Assembly: GCA_043228905.1 (NCBI GenBank)
Contig: JBHGNT010000012.1
Coordinates: 310,001-374,000 of the forward strand
Source of the DNA: Azolla caroliniana
Lineage: Eukaryota > Plantae > Polypodiophyta
Direction: 5' to 3'
DNA length: 64,000 nt
Below are positions 1 to 14,001 of this stretch, piece by piece (positions within the stretch are counted from its first letter, which is position 1; every line of letters begins with the position of its first letter). The position numbers and the translations under genes were made by a program. The notes under the pieces were generated by a model. The model was not told the DNA's origin. It saw only the letters and a list, made by a program, of their open reading frames with translations, and searched no databases.

Positions 1-369
1 GGAAGATGGCAACACCTCCAAGCAAAGGAAATTATGATCAAATGAGTGTAAATTGACAAGTCGTAGGATCTTTAACCACAAAAGTACCAAATGTTGCAAT
101 GTGGTGATATGATCAAATTTGGTCGAATGCGGTTTGATCAATCATGATTCTAATGTATTCATTAGTTTGTGTCATTGCTATTGTATATAATCAAATTCTT
201 CAACATCTATGACACCCCCCTACTTAACTTTTTTGTTTTAAAAGAGGATTCACAACCTATGGGACTTGGATTCCCATGAATCATAACCCCTTTTTCTTGG
301 GGTGGGCTTGAATCATACAATGTAACACAATCGGTCAAAGGCAAATGTAGGCATTGACCCTAGAGATGG

Positions 370-371
<2 letters not shown>

Positions 372-418
<47 letters not shown>
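372..418. repeat. (CT)n microsatellite
   Basis: Uninterrupted CT run. Similar runs lie at ~17691-17730, ~52846-52878 and ~57109-57143. Confidence 0.95.
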
Positions 419-421
<3 letters not shown>

Positions 422-938
422 GACAACATTGAACAACATGGTCATGTCACTATCTCATAGATGTTGGAGCTCTCCATCAACGAGATGCTTCTGACACGCT
501 CAATGACCAAGCTCCCGCATGAAATGTTTCCTAATTTAGTATCACTTTTTTATAACTAGTGGGAAACCTTGCGATGACATGAAAACCGATAAGAAATACC
601 AAGGGGGGGGGGGTGAAGGAAGAGTGCACAGAAGAGTACGTTGATGTCGATGGTTCCCTTGTGACCGATCCATGTCACATCAATATGGTGGAAGGCTAAG
701 TAAGTTGTAAGAACATCAATGATTGGTGTCTAATACATTTGGCACATTAATGTGGGTTTAATTAGCCCATACTACCCCTTATTATGTCATGATTAAATAT
801 CATCAACCATCCTAGTAAACATGAATGTCACCTCACCACCAAATGAATATCATTTATTTCCCATGACTGATTTAATATTAATATACATTTGCTCAGTGAT
901 GATTTGTGATGACAATAGACAAAAATTATAATCCCAAT

Positions 939-2165
939 CATAGAACGTAATATTCATGTTCGTGCAAGCATTCAAACATTTGGAAACGAATACGTTTGAA
1001 ATGGGAAAAATAGATTCTATTTTTTATATTCTTTCGTTGTTATTACAATTCAGTTCACCCTAGTGGTAAGGAGTCATGCTTTTATTGTCTATGCCTTGGG
1101 TTCGATTCCCAATTTTCTCATCTCTCTCTCTCTCTCATTCTCTCTCATTAGTACCATGTCCTAACAAAATTTTATGTTAGTGTTATAATTGTTTTTTTTC
1201 TTTTCTTTTAGGGAAAAGTATCAAGATACCCTTGGAAGTTCATCTATTTACCAGAATGCCCCTAGAAGTTCCAAATTTACCAAACTACCCCTATGTCTAA
1301 AAAATTACACTTTATAAAGTAATTATACACTCAAATCTACAAGCCCTATTTACCAAAGATTTGAGTGTATAATTACTTTATAAAGTGTATTTTTTTGGAC
1401 ATAGGGGTAGTTTGGTAAATTGTGAACTTCCAGGGGCATTTTGGTAAATAAACGAACTTCTAGTGCTATCTTGGTACTTTTCCCTTTCTTTTATTATTAT
1501 TAGAATTAAGCACAACCTAGTGGTAAGTTGTTGTGCTACTATTACTTGTGTCTTGGGTTCAATTCCTAACTTTCTCATATCCTCTTGTTAGTGTCATGGC
1601 AAAATTTTATGTTAGTGTCATGTTCCTTTTTCTTCTTTTTCTTTCTTTCTTTGTTATTAGAAATTAGCTCACCCTTATGATAAGTTGTTATACTACTACA
1701 ACCTATGTCATGGCAAAATTTTATGTTAGTGTCATGTTCCTTTTTCTTTCTTTCTTTCTTTCTTTGTTATTAGAAATTAGGTCACCCTAGTGGTAAGTTG
1801 TTATGCTACTATTGCCTATGTCATGTTTTCTTCATATTCTCGAATATACGTTTGATATGTTTTTGATAGTTTCGTTTTTCTTTTCTTTTTTTCTTTCTTT
1901 GTTATTAGAAATTAGCTCACCCTAACGGTAAGTTGTTATGCTACTATTGCCTATGTCATGTTTTCTTCATATTCTAAAATATACGTTTTATATGTTTTTG
2001 AACGTTTTATTATAATTTATAATGACATATTTTGTTTCAATCTCTATAGTTCATACTCATTTTTTTGTAAAGTTCTAAAGTGAGGACGATAGAGATGTCT
2101 CGATTCTTAAGAAGCATCCCAAAGGCATGCATGTGATACAATGCAAATATTGCAACCATATTTAG
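939..2165 (+). repeat. Dispersed repeat with a tRNA-like sub-unit amplified about five times
   Basis: 939-1160 and 2050-2165 match the reverse complement of 60975-61334. The sub-unit TTATTAGAAATTAGCTCACCCTAGTGGTAAGTTGTTATGCTACTA recurs at ~1040, 1495, 1652, 1765 and 1900. Confidence 0.8.
1211..1484. mobile_element. Mutator-type MITE (fold-back, 274 bp)
   Basis: Imperfect inverted arms of ~125 bp (GGGAAAAGTA...TACTTTTCCC) around a ~20-bp centre. Exact 9-bp TSD TTTCTTTTA at 1202-1210 and 1485-1493. Confidence 0.92.
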
Positions 2166-3519
2166 ATTGGTTTGGTTATCATAGATTCAGAGAACTTCTT
2201 CCTATGGATACCCCAGATTCATCATGAAGCAACGAAATCATTGTTCTAGTTATAGACGATGCCATTGTCAAGTTCACTCTTACTTTTTGGAGCCACTCTT
2301 TGAAAAACACACCAATTTTATAATTGGTGCAACACATAATTCGGTAATTTTGACGAGCTCACATTTTTGGATATGAGAATCATATTTATATATTGGCATC
2401 ATGCTAAAGTTTATATCACTTGATCTTCATTTTATTAAAGCGGGTCCCACCTTAGACATTAGTCAATCTAACACACTTAGCATACTCACATTCACATTTA
2501 TTTATTTCATGATTGAGACAAAGAAGAACAAGTGAGTGGTCACTTCTCCATCATTGGCCTTGTATTGCATATATCTTTAAATTCATTTCCGTCCATTTGC
2601 ACATAAACCTTCGGATGTTAAAGTATTTGCATGGTCGTTGTCAAATACATTACTATACGAAATTCTTTATTGTGAATTCCCACATCCACTATCCACATTC
2701 GAATGATCATTGTTAATATATAGTATCTACATCTCTATAACTTGTATTCGTAAGCTTACTTGCAGATAACACTACAAATTTGCGTAGCAATGTAGGGCTA
2801 AATTGTGGCATTGCATAGGTAATTTCTCACATATTGTCTATTGGGCTAACACTTGGGAAAAGATTGTAATAGTGGATTTCCTATTTGGAAGTTTTCAATT
2901 GCTTTTTGTGACATTGTAAATCAAATCTACCTAGGAGAAGCATATATTGACTTGTATTAGAAGTAAGGAATTGAGCTATAAAATCACATCAATAAATAAA
3001 TAAATAAATATATTGTGGATTATTCTAGATATTATTTTAAATGACCTATTATGATTTCTTAATATTTAAATCAAAGTATAGTGCATGGGAGTACAATAGT
3101 ACACCATGAGAATCGAGATACCCCATATGTTAATGTAACTTGGGTAAGAACAAAAGAAGCCCCTAAGGGAACTATTTTCATTCTTACCCTAATTACTTCA
3201 AGATATTGCGATTGCAACCTTAAAGACTTTACATAATTAAAGAAAAAAGAAAAAACTTTAATTAATTAAAAAAAAAAGATCAAGCTTTATTGGACAAGCT
3301 CCCCATAATGGATGGGATATTTGCATTTACTATCAAAGTGCAAGGTGGCCAAGGAATCCTTAATAGTTACACGCTCTCTTCCAAATTGGTTGTTAAATGA
3401 TTATAATAGTTGGACTCGTCTTCTAGAGAATCAAGGTTAATTAATTATAAGAGATTGTTCTTCTTTCAACATCTAATCCCTCTTATAAAACTAAACAACT
3501 AGCAAATAGGAAAAAGTAC

Positions 3520-3725
3520 CGTAAGGAGAGTTTTGCTTTCCCACATTGACTCAATCTAAGTGTTGCTTTCCCACTCGATTTGAAGTAGATGTTGAACAAG
3601 TTTTCAAACTCACGAGTCACATCATTAAATACAATAGGAGATTTTTGCTTTCTCACATTGACTCAATTTAAGTGATGCTTTCCCACTTGATTTGAAGTAG
3701 ATGTTGAACAAGTTTCCAAACTCAA
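3520..3725. repeat. Direct duplication of ~90 bp, possibly inside an old LTR
   Basis: TTTTGCTTTCCCACATTGACTCAAT...GTAGATGTTGAACAAGTTTYCAAACTCA occurs twice. A minus-strand purine tract followed by TG at ~3769-3790 hints at a 3' LTR. Confidence 0.6.
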
Positions 3726-4589
3726 CCACACATGTCTCCATTAAACTGGGCATACCTTAGGATTATAACAATGCCCTCACCTATAAAAAGGCCACATGAA
3801 GTTCAGGCCAATTACTTGTTAACAAAACAAGATGAGAAACACATTCGACAATTCAACATTCACTTGCCCCTTAAAAGCTTACAAGCTATATACGATTTGG
3901 AGGATCAACAAAGTCCCTTTCCTAACCTTGTCTACTAGGGTCGATCTTGGGTAATGAGATTTGGAGTACTAGTTGGTGTACTCACCATTGGAGTACACCC
4001 TAAAACTAACAATTTGTTGCATCACTCATTTTGTTCAATGGTCTATCTACAATTGACCACATTGGAAAAGCTAAAATGTGAGATGAAGGTTGAAATGTTG
4101 GAATGTATTACATCTACACACATCTTATGTAGGCATCCACACTCTGAATAGTGTGGAACCCCATCTTTCACTTGATGGGCATTGTGTGCAAGATTCTTTC
4201 AACGCACTTCTCACTTGGTGGAGTTATTCCTCTCACACTGAGATCCTCATTTGGGGAGTTCAGATTAGTGTCTACCCTATTGTTGACGATGCGGGAAGGG
4301 GTGGATGTCAACTGTTCCTTAGCCACTAGCATGGTGTTAATTACCACTGATGAACACATCATTAATCTAACACTAAAACCCTTATAAAGAAGATAACTAA
4401 GAACCAAATGAAATTCCCCAATAGACTTGATACACTTAAGAAATTAAATGCAATGAAATAACAAAAGGTCAAACATCATGCTTCAATTAATTGTAGTTCA
4501 TCCTAATACAAGTGCTTAAGATTCTACTCACATTGGGAAGGGAGATGATAAGACGTAGGGTACCCCATTGGCGAACAACAGCTACAACA

Positions 4590-4715
4590 TGGTTGATTTA
4601 TAATGTTGATCCTACTCACATGACAATATTTTGGAAATGGCTATGGGCTATACAAATTCCAAAGAAGATTATTCTATTTAGATGGTTGATTGTTCATTAT
4701 GCGGTTCCTGTTAGG
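4590..4715 (+). pseudogene. LINE zf-RVT fragment
   Basis: FWKWLWAIQIPKKIILFRWLIVHYAVPV matches the W-x-x-LW...PxKIxxFxW pattern of L1 zf-RVT. Confidence 0.7.
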
Positions 4716-6051
4716 GTTTGGACGTATGAGGTCAATACCTCGATTTCATTGTAAATGATATGCGTTTGGTCTCGTATGCGTAAGAGGTCAATACCTCAGT
4801 TGCGTATCAGGATGAACCCTTATTTTTGGATGTTTTATGTGCGTAGAGGGTATATGCCTCGATTACGTATCTCGATTACATCATTTTTGGCTATTTGATG
4901 TAAACGATTTGTTTAATGTACGCATATGTGGTCACGTGTATACGTATTTGATGGTATATATGTGATAAGTAAACATATGTGTATATTTGATATTACGTGA
5001 TTTCTATCAAATGTTGTCCTTGTTAGGAAAAGGATCTTGGTGGCCGTCCTCACATTTTTGTGAGAATGACGTTTTCACCATCCCTTTTTCAACAATTTTT
5101 TGTTGACATCCCCGTTGGTCACTTTGATATTTCGTTACGTAATGAAACAATCATAGCCACAATGGTGTTAAGTACGTAGGGCTTAACCCACTTCATGTGA
5201 GGTCGCTCCTATGACACACATATTCAACATCCCTCCCTCATTACATGGATACGATGCCACCATGAGATCATTCTTACGAAAGGCATTCATAATGACGTAA
5301 CCATGTGATGGGCCACGTGGGCCTACTACGAAAAGAGGGCTCATTTGACTTGACCATTAGGTTGCATTGGCATATGTCATCATAATTACGAGACTTGAGG
5401 TTAGGTAACGTAATAACAAAGTTTGTGGTTAACGAGGGGGAAATAAGGACTCTTGACATATATGTTTCTTTTGAAAAAAACATATATGGGCAAATGCCTT
5501 GCATATCTTTTATACGCATAAAACATTGAACATTCAAGAAGAGCAACCTACTTGGTTGGCTGAAGTGTTTAATGCATTTGTTCTTGAGGTCTCGAGTTCA
5601 AATATGACCAAGACCATACAACATCGTTCCTACATATGACTATAACACATGTTTATACTTGAGGTCTAAGTGCACTTCGGGGTCCTCGTAATAGGACTTA
5701 AAGAGTCGAAACCACATATGTGGGCACAGAAACATAGTTTATTGTTAACATTTTCGTCGTGTATAAACTACTCATGACGCGAACATACATGGTTGAGCCT
5801 CGGGGAGCCGCCATGAAAAAATCGATATAGAGATAAGGGAAAGACATTAATTTGTCACCCTCATGGTTTTTAAAGCACCTTTGTGTTACCATAGTAACCT
5901 GATCTTGAACCTCATCTCATATGTCTAGAGGGGTATTGACGTGAGATCATGATATCGATTAATGTTTGTCTATGATATGTTTACATCACGACATGATGTT
6001 ATGACTATTTGTATGACCTTATCCTATTTCTTTGCTAGAAATAATCATTTA

Positions 6052-6429
6052 ATGGCTCAAAATAACGACCCAATGTCATCCGCTCAAGCGGAAGGAACTC
6101 AAGGAAATCCTCCTGGACAAATGTCCATTGAGATGTATTTTTCGCAAATAACCCAATACCTTAGTTTCATTGCTCAACAAATGACCGAACTTCGGCAATC
6201 TCAAAGTGCTCTCGAGGCACGTGTCATTAGTTTACAACGTGAGACTAATACACCTAATGAGCAACAGGGTGAACCATCGTTTGTCGTTAAGCCATTTACA
6301 GGAGAAAAAAAGGAAAGAACCGAAGAAGCAATCTGCATGTGGTTGGGCCGATGGGAGTCTCATTTTGAGCTCTATACCACACCAGATAGTACGAAGATTG
6401 CATATGTTGGCTGAGAACTAGGGGGTAAG
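6052..6429 (+). pseudogene. Ty3/Gypsy gag N-terminal fragment, cut off by the LTR at 6430
   Basis: Coiled coil followed by KPFTGE...W LGRWESHF...KIAYVG*ELGGK, a typical capsid N-terminal pattern. Confidence 0.7.
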
Positions 6430-6926
6430 TGTTACCGATTAGGAACACTGCCTACGGTCAGTCCTTCGACGTAGACCTTAAGGTGACCGTGTTGCAAGCA
6501 ATGGCACCGTCGTATCGTAATACATAATGGGATACTCCCTCGTATCCTAGTAGCATATAAGGGAGACGACTACAACTGAACTCCTTAGAAAGTGCACTAG
6601 TATCCACACTTACACTTACACCCTTACGATTAACAGTACGCAACAGAGAACAAGGAACACAATAGATAAAACCACAAATATGCATAGAAATTAGAGAAGA
6701 TAGTATTCTATTAGAAAAACGCTCTATGCACCAAAATTACACGCTACCTCTTATAGAGGATTTCTGCCCTTTATATACATAGGGCCTTTAGCCGTTCACG
6801 CTTCCCACGTGAACCGTTACATGTGTTTCTTACGCTTTACTATATTATAATGCTTCTGTGCTTTTGTCCGTCGGTTACTATTTCGGCAGACAATACTTGG
6901 CACGCCTATGGGACAGTGCCATGACA
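6430..6926 (-). repeat. 3' LTR (497 bp, family D)
   Basis: TG...CA termini with an adjacent PPT. A homologous copy lies at 29570-29952 plus 31266-31350. Confidence 0.88.
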
Positions 6927-6999
6927 CGTTGAACCCATCCCTTTATTCTTCCTCCAAAATAGCTCGGATGTTTGGTTCCGCTCCGATGTCTTGGTTCGA

Positions 7000-8021
7000 G
7001 GATGGCGTAGTGTCCATACGCGCGTCGTTGCGCGTTTCCATGTCTGATACTTGCTCGGTGGGGCTTTCCATAGCGTCAACGTCTCCCTGTGTGGGTGGAC
7101 TAGGCTCTGCTGGCTCATCCCGTTCTACTGTGGCTAGCTCATCTGCCTGCGGGCTCTTGGTAGGTTGAGGCTCTATCCTGTCTGTAACTTCCTCAGTGTT
7201 GCCGGCCGTAGTTGTCCTCTCTGGTGAATTGGGCTAAGGTTCCTCCTGTTTGGCGGTCTCACTTTTCGGTATCGCGATGGGCTCCGATCATTGTCCCATG
7301 CTGCCTACCGTAGTTGTTATTTTCGATGAAGTGGGCTGAGGTTCCTCCTGTTCGGCAGTATCACTTTCTGGTATTGCGATGGGTTCCGCGTGCTGGGTTG
7401 GGAAGATTGGGGTTCATCCTCCCATTCCGTGGTAGCCAACTCCGCTAACCTCCGTTTCGCAAAACATGGCGGCGGCGTGGGTTTGCTCGGTTGTGGTGCG
7501 GGCAGACCTCGGGGTGGAAATAGTATCGTCAGATATTGTTGTATGATTGGGCTTAGCTTTTTTCTACCTTGATATGCGTGCAAGCCTTCCCATAACGTTG
7601 GTCCTGTAATTACCCCCCAATCGACCGCACACCCTTCGAAAGTATCAATGATGATGCCCGCCTTCTGCTTTGGCATCCCTTAGGCATTTACATGCACACA
7701 TCTTACCTCCAACAAGAACTTGGCTATTTCGCGAAAGAAGGGGTTGGGGATTTCCTTCGTCCTGTATGCTTTGGCGGACGCCGAATATGCCCCGAAATAT
7801 CTCTGCAAGGTTTCTGTAGGAGCGATGTCGAAATGTCTTTCTCCAAGCGATGATAGGTCAAGCTTCTTCCGGATGGATGTGTTGGTGACCGTGTCTATAT
7901 TGAGTTTCCTGGCAATGTCCAGGGCTTCAGGACAAGCAGGTGCCTCGACGACTTTGATGTATCCATCCAGTCGCTTTTCGACGAGCCATTGACGCAGGGT
8001 GACAGAAATAGTGATCGGCAT
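7000..8021 (-). pseudogene. Extra ORF between pol and the 3' LTR
   Basis: ORFs 7680-8021 and 7317-7676 are in frame across one TAG. A globular N-half (..FEGCAVDWG..) is followed by a Pro/Glu/Thr-rich tail. Confidence 0.65.
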
Positions 8022-8349
8022 CGTAGGTGGGTGAGACTCGTGGGTAGTGGGTGAGGTATGCTGGCTATGGCGAACATGGGCTCTGTGGTATGATGGAGAG
8101 GAAGGTGAGTGAGGAGAGCGATGAAAGCAATAAGGTTAGAAGATTGGTTTCTGTACTGTGCAGAAAACCTTCTATTTTCTTCTTTTTGTGGCCTCGGGTT
8201 CATTGGTCTGTGAGCCATTATGGTGCCGCGTGTTCTTGCTCTAGAAGTTTGTGCATGCATCAAGTCCTTTTAATAGCGTCGCTATCTTCTCTTTTTTTTC
8301 TGCTTTTGTAACGGTTACATACAATATTATGTTTACACTATAGTACAAA

Positions 8350-11300
8350 TAGGTCTCTATAATTACTTTGTAGATTCTCCGGATTTGTCTTGTCCGGCGG
8401 GGAACGGGTTAGGTGGCGTAGGCCCCAAGTAAGGTTTTAAGCGAAACCGATTCACCGTTTGTCGCAGCACGTCTCAGGCCAAGGTGCCAAGTTGAAACGT
8501 GCCGTTTTCCGTTCCAACTATCCAGTACGGGCCTGTCCAGCGGAATCTTAATTTTCCTGGCATTTGTCCCATGCGTGTTTGGAAAACCAATACCGCTTTC
8601 CCGACCGTGAAATCCTTTTCACGCGCATGCCGATGTCGGTCCACGAATGCTTTGCGCCGCCGCTATTCTTGTTCCAATATGGCCATACTGCGTAACCGTG
8701 TTTCGCCTAGTTCTAACAGTTGTTGTAGCCGTATTTGTTCGGATTTGTCCTTTGGCAGCCGGTCTCGTACTTGAATCCACAGATTGGGTACCTGAAATTC
8801 GATTGGCATTACGGCCTCCAACCCAAATGCTAGCCTGAAGGGCATGGATTGTATGCTGGTCTTATAGTTGGTTCGGTATGCCCATAACGCGTTGTGCAAT
8901 TTGGTATCCCAATCTGTTCTATTCTCATTGACTATCTTTTTGAGGATAGTTTGTAATGTTTTGTTCGTGGATTTGGCCAAGCCATTTTCCTGTGGGTAAT
9001 ATGGCATATTCTTTTTGTGGACCACGACATAGTGTTGGGTCAGTTCATTGATCACCGTATTCAAAAAGTGACTCCCTTGGTCACTGATGAGCTCAATAGG
9101 GCAACCAAAACGACACCAGATATGTTCACAAAGAAATTTCGCTGTGACCGCCGCGGTATTTTCGCGTAGTGCTTTCGCTTCTACCCACTTGGTGTAGTAA
9201 TCCGTAGCCACCAGGATATACTTATTGCCGGTTCGGGCAGCCGCCGGTGTAAAGGGCCCCACAAAATCGAGCCCCCACTTTTGGAAAGGATCCAACGGCA
9301 ACACCGGTTGATGTGGCATTCTTGTGACTTCTGTGGGCTGGCCCATCCGCTGATATAAATCGCACTGTTTGCAATATTCATACGCATCCTTTTGCATAGT
9401 CGGCCACCACAGTCCTGCTTGCCAGATTTTCCAGGTTGTAACATTGCCCGCGTAATGTCCTCCCACCGTACCATAGTGAGCTTCGCGTAAAATTGCTGCC
9501 TTCTCATCTTGCCGTATTCCACGCCTCTAGATGCCGTCACTACCTTTGTGATATAGGACGTTTTCGACTAAACAGAAATTACGACTCCGGACGTCCAACC
9601 GTTTTTTCTCGTCCGTCCTTAATTGTGGTGGAGGTAACCCCGTGGTCAGGAAGTAGGTCCTTTCCATCCACCACCGATCCGGAAAAGTCTTTTCTGTTCT
9701 TGTTGCTAAAGTTGCTACTCGCATAATGTCCGCATCTGGAAAGTCGTCGTCATCCTTTTGCGCCATTTCTCCATTATCTTATCTGATCAAGAAATCCGCC
9801 ACCGCATGTTGCGCACCCGGTCGGTGCTAAATTACAAAGTCGAATTCTTGGAGCAACAACATCCATCTAGCCAATTTTCCTTATTGACTATGTGTCCGAG
9901 GAGGGCTTCACTAGTGACGATGAAGGTGCATTTGTCGGGATTCAAGCTTAAGCGTGAAGTTCGGCAATGCTTCAGGCAAAGCTGTAGATGCGTAAAATGT
10001 TCGGTTGCTATCCCATACACCGCAAAATCGTCTAAAAAGACCTGCATGAAGGTGGGTATATATTCCCCAAAAATCTCTGTGATTGTCTGCTGAAATGTAG
10101 TCGATGCCGTCTTTAGCCCGAACATCATGAAGACCGCAACATAAACTCCCCAGTTCGTGACAAACGTCGTCTTCTCTTGGCCATTGGGGTGCATGTGTAC
10201 TGGATTGTACCCACTGAAGCCATCTAGAAAGTTGTACATGTCATGCCCTGCGACTGCATCCAGTACGCTGTCGGTGAAAGGTAAAGGGAACGCATCTGTA
10301 ATGGTTACGACGTTCAATATCCGGTAGTCCACGCACACACGTACGACTACTATCGGGCTTAGCCATGTAGCTTACTTGACTGGTCGAATGAATCCGGCCT
10401 TGAGAAGTTTGTCAATTTCTCTTTTAGGCGAGCCGCGTAATTCGAATTCATGCGGTATCGACGTTGCTGGATTGGTTTTGCATCGGTCGCTAAATTGATC
10501 TTATGTTGATAGAACTTCGGATCTAATCCCTTCATGTCCTCGTGGGACCAAGCGAACACATCTTTATACTTCATGAGTAGTGCTATCATCGCCTCTCTCT
10601 AATCCGGTAGTAACTCTTTTGCGATGGAGAGGAGTCGAGGGTCTGATGCCGTGCCTACGTTAACTTCTTCTAGGGTTGAGGCAACGACTTGTTGTGAAAT
10701 TTCCATTTCCTTCTCGAAAGCCGCCCGTGCTCTGCTTAATTCCATGATCGACTCTAGGTTTGGTTCATAAGCCTCTTCGTGAAGTAAAGAGGGCGTAGCA
10801 TACTCCGCCGCGGTTTCCATTACGTCGATTTCGAATAGTGGAATGATTTGGGGGTGCTCGTCCAGGTATGCTTCCAACTCTGTATCCTCCACCCCATCCA
10901 ACATATTTATATCTTCTGCATATAATGGTGTTATCCCCTTGGGTTGTGCCGTCATTTCCTCTGTGGGTATGCGAACCTTGGTGCGTTCTCGGCGAAAACT
11001 GATGCACTTATGTTGCCAACTTTGTTTGATATTCGCCGAACGAAGCCAAGGTCTGCCAAGCAGCATTGGATATGCTCCTGGAGCGTCGAGGGCGAGGACT
11101 ATTGCCGAGATGTCGAAGCGATGGCCGCCAATGATGATGCCTAATTTTCGGATTAAGCCTAAAGGCCTAACTGAGCGGGTATCCGCCATGCGAAGCCAAA
11201 ACGGGCAAGTTTCCCATTCTGAAATTCCCAATTGTTCGCATGTCTTCGCGTTAATTACATTGACGTTAGAGCCCTTGTCAATTACGCATCTTGTGATTTC

Positions 11301-11693
11301 CTTACCGCATAATACCAACTTAATAGCTAGATTGTGGTGATCCACCACCGTTGATCCGTTGCTGGTGTCCGTAAAATTGACGGAGACGGTGACCCCAGGT
11401 TTGCCCGTTATGTGATCCTCTACGGCTTGACAGAACCGTGGAACTAATTGAAGTATTTTCTCCATGGTTAGTGTTATTTCACAGCCTGCCAGTGCTTGCC
11501 ATATGGGATCCGGGGATATTATGTCTTCCTCCAATGGCCCCACATTGTTTGCGGACTCCTGCCGCATGCGCTCCGTATTGGCCGCGTTCACTTTTTCGAC
11601 CCATGCTTGGGCCGTCTTACGTATCTCATCTTGCGCGGACCAATCAACATTTTTCGTTTGCTGCCTTGTCGTAACTTGCTGAACTTCCGCCAT
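8350..11693 (-). pseudogene. Gypsy pol (PR, RT, partly deleted RNase H, INT), disrupted
   Basis: PR CVIDKGSNVN and MLLGRPWL; RT CVDYR, FLDGFSGYN and FLDDFAV; INT GGHYAG, GLDFVGPF, ISDQGSHF and ALWAYRT. Contains stops and frameshifts. Confidence 0.92.
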
Positions 11694-11699
11694 AATTGT

Positions 11700-12640
11700 A
11701 TTGACGGCGGCGCCTTTGCCCTTGCGTAGTGGACATTGATGCTGGATTTGCCTTTCTCGGCAGCCGGTGGCGTGTTCTTATCCCTAGGTGTGGCTTGCTC
11801 CTCCTGGACTTGGTTTATTCTTCTGAAATTTCGCGGTGGTTGTTGTTGGTCCCGACGTGGCTCCTGATGCCGGTCATCTTCCGAACTTTCGTCGTAACTC
11901 TGTTGGTCCCTATATTGTCGATGTTTCCCGCGAGGCCCATTGAAGCCACCACGTTTGTTCGCCGAACGGTAGTTTTCGTAACGACGTCCTCCTTTATTAT
12001 ATCTGTGGTTGCCCCGGTAGTCTTTCTCCTCCGGCTCTTCTTCCTCGGAATCGTTGTTATTCCGGCGATTCCGGTAGTGCCGGTCATCGCGTGGATTCTG
12101 ATCCGTATACCGGGGTTGTTCTTCTTGGCGCCTTTGATCATTTCGGCGAGGTGGTCGTTGTGTTTCTACGCTTCGTACTGTGGGCGTGGGTCTGTTCAGC
12201 ATATTGTATTCACATTGCTCGACCGTGTGTGCTTTCGAGTGACAGATTGGGTAGTGGATTCACATGTTGCATTCCACTGCAGAATGCCCGGAATTGAGGC
12301 AAATCGTGCATTGGATTGCCTGACGAAAATGTCGTTCCTCGTCCTGAGGTAATGCATGTCGTAATGAGGAGGACATGGAAAACTTTTCCTCTTCCTCATC
12401 CAGCTCGAGTTGTAACGCTCGCTCTATGACCATATCGGTTGTTTCTCCTTTCATGCTATTGTTGTTGAGCGTCGTCCGTATAGGTCACTGTAAGGCTACC
12501 AGAAATGTCTCTCGAGCCTCCTCCTCTGTCAGGCTCCGTTCTAATTTCCGCCGTAGATTTTGGAAGCGTAAACTAAAGTCTGCGACAGTCTCGGCTGGCA
12601 ACTGTTTGATTGTATAGAATTGCCCGACAATGTCAAAAAT
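11700..12640 (-). pseudogene. Gypsy gag C-terminal part with zinc knuckle
   Basis: CTICLNSGHSAVEC knuckle followed by an R/N/Q-rich linker. Confidence 0.75.
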
Positions 12641-14001
12641 CTATAGAAGGACATTTCCCATCTAGAGCTTAGGACAAGGAGCATGTTGAAATTTTCGATT
12701 CGTGAATTGGAGTTCAGACGCCCAAGATACCACCTTTAGAAATATTAATGCTACTTTCAAGATCAGTCAAGAAACAAATGTAATTATACCCGACATGGGT
12801 AATACGAGGCTTTAATATTACATGATTGGGCTGTAGCACAGGATACAACAACCCTCACCAATGTTTGTGCAATGTTGACCAAGCAAGTGAGGCCATTGAG
12901 AAAGTGCACACAAAAGAAGACACTTCTTTAATAGAAGATGCCAATTGTGGTTTAATACCACTTCAGCTGGAAGGTGTGCACATGGGCACTACAATGAGCA
13001 AGAGAAATACTAGGAAGAAATTTCCATGAGTACCAATGAGCCCTAGAGGGAACTCTAGAATGTTAGCACAACTCACGCAATATTACGGTCAAAGGGGATT
13101 GAAGTTGTTCTAGGAGACCCTACATTCCCTTGATGTCTTGCTATGAATGGTTGGTCATATATATATATATATATATCATACCATTCCTGCCATTAGTAGT
13201 TGAACTACTGCCAATGGATAGTGTCCTTATTGTGAATTATAAGTGAATGTATCTACATGGATCCTTCCGTCTTCATGAAATCTACAATGACTTGGGGTTT
13301 CATGAGTTCCCAACTTCTTCTTCTTGTGAGATGTTGGCGATGTGTCATGTCAGGCCAATCGTGGGATGGATTATAAGGAGTTTGGAGACCCTTCTTGGTT
13401 TCTATTCCTTGGTGAGATAGTCTAATTCTCAATCATGGAATCACATGGTTACCATGTGTTGGCCTTCCATTTTGTTGTAAGAGTTCGTGCCAATGAGCCT
13501 CTTTGTGAGACTACTCCTATTGTGGTGTCTATAGTGTAATATCGGCCTATTGTAACCAAAGTGGGATCGGGTTATCTTGCCGATCACACTTGGTACAAGA
13601 GATTGTAAGGAATATGGAAAATTCCTGGCATTCCCTTTATTCATAATGAGGATTAGTGTAGTTTGAAAAATAAAAAAGAAACAAATCCACAAAGATAACC
13701 TAAGAAAAATAATATAAATTAGAGAAAGTAAAAAATGAGTAGGATTCAATAACCATGTAAAAAATAAGTTATCAAATACAAATCTTGAATGAACAATGAT
13801 CAACCAATAAATTAAAAATTTAAGGACATTGACCCCTTCCTTTCAACTCTCACTAGTCTTGTTGAGATGCATCAAGGCCCTCATTTTGGTTTACCCTTGA
13901 GATCTTATGAAAAACTCATTAAAAAAATATTTGAATAATTGCCTTCTTGGCCACAACACACAATTAGATATGTGTCAATTTGAGGACATGTTTCAATCTG
14001 A

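Larger units (their letters stand above)
6430..12640 (-). mobile_element. Non-chromovirus Gypsy (Athila/Selgy-like), 5'-truncated, with 3' LTR
   Basis: Minus-strand order gag, PR, RT, RH remnant, INT, extra ORF, PPT (~6930-6957), LTR. Confidence 0.88.

Noticed and set aside
12650-13950. Possible further retroelement remnant
   Set aside because: No diagnostic motif could be read.
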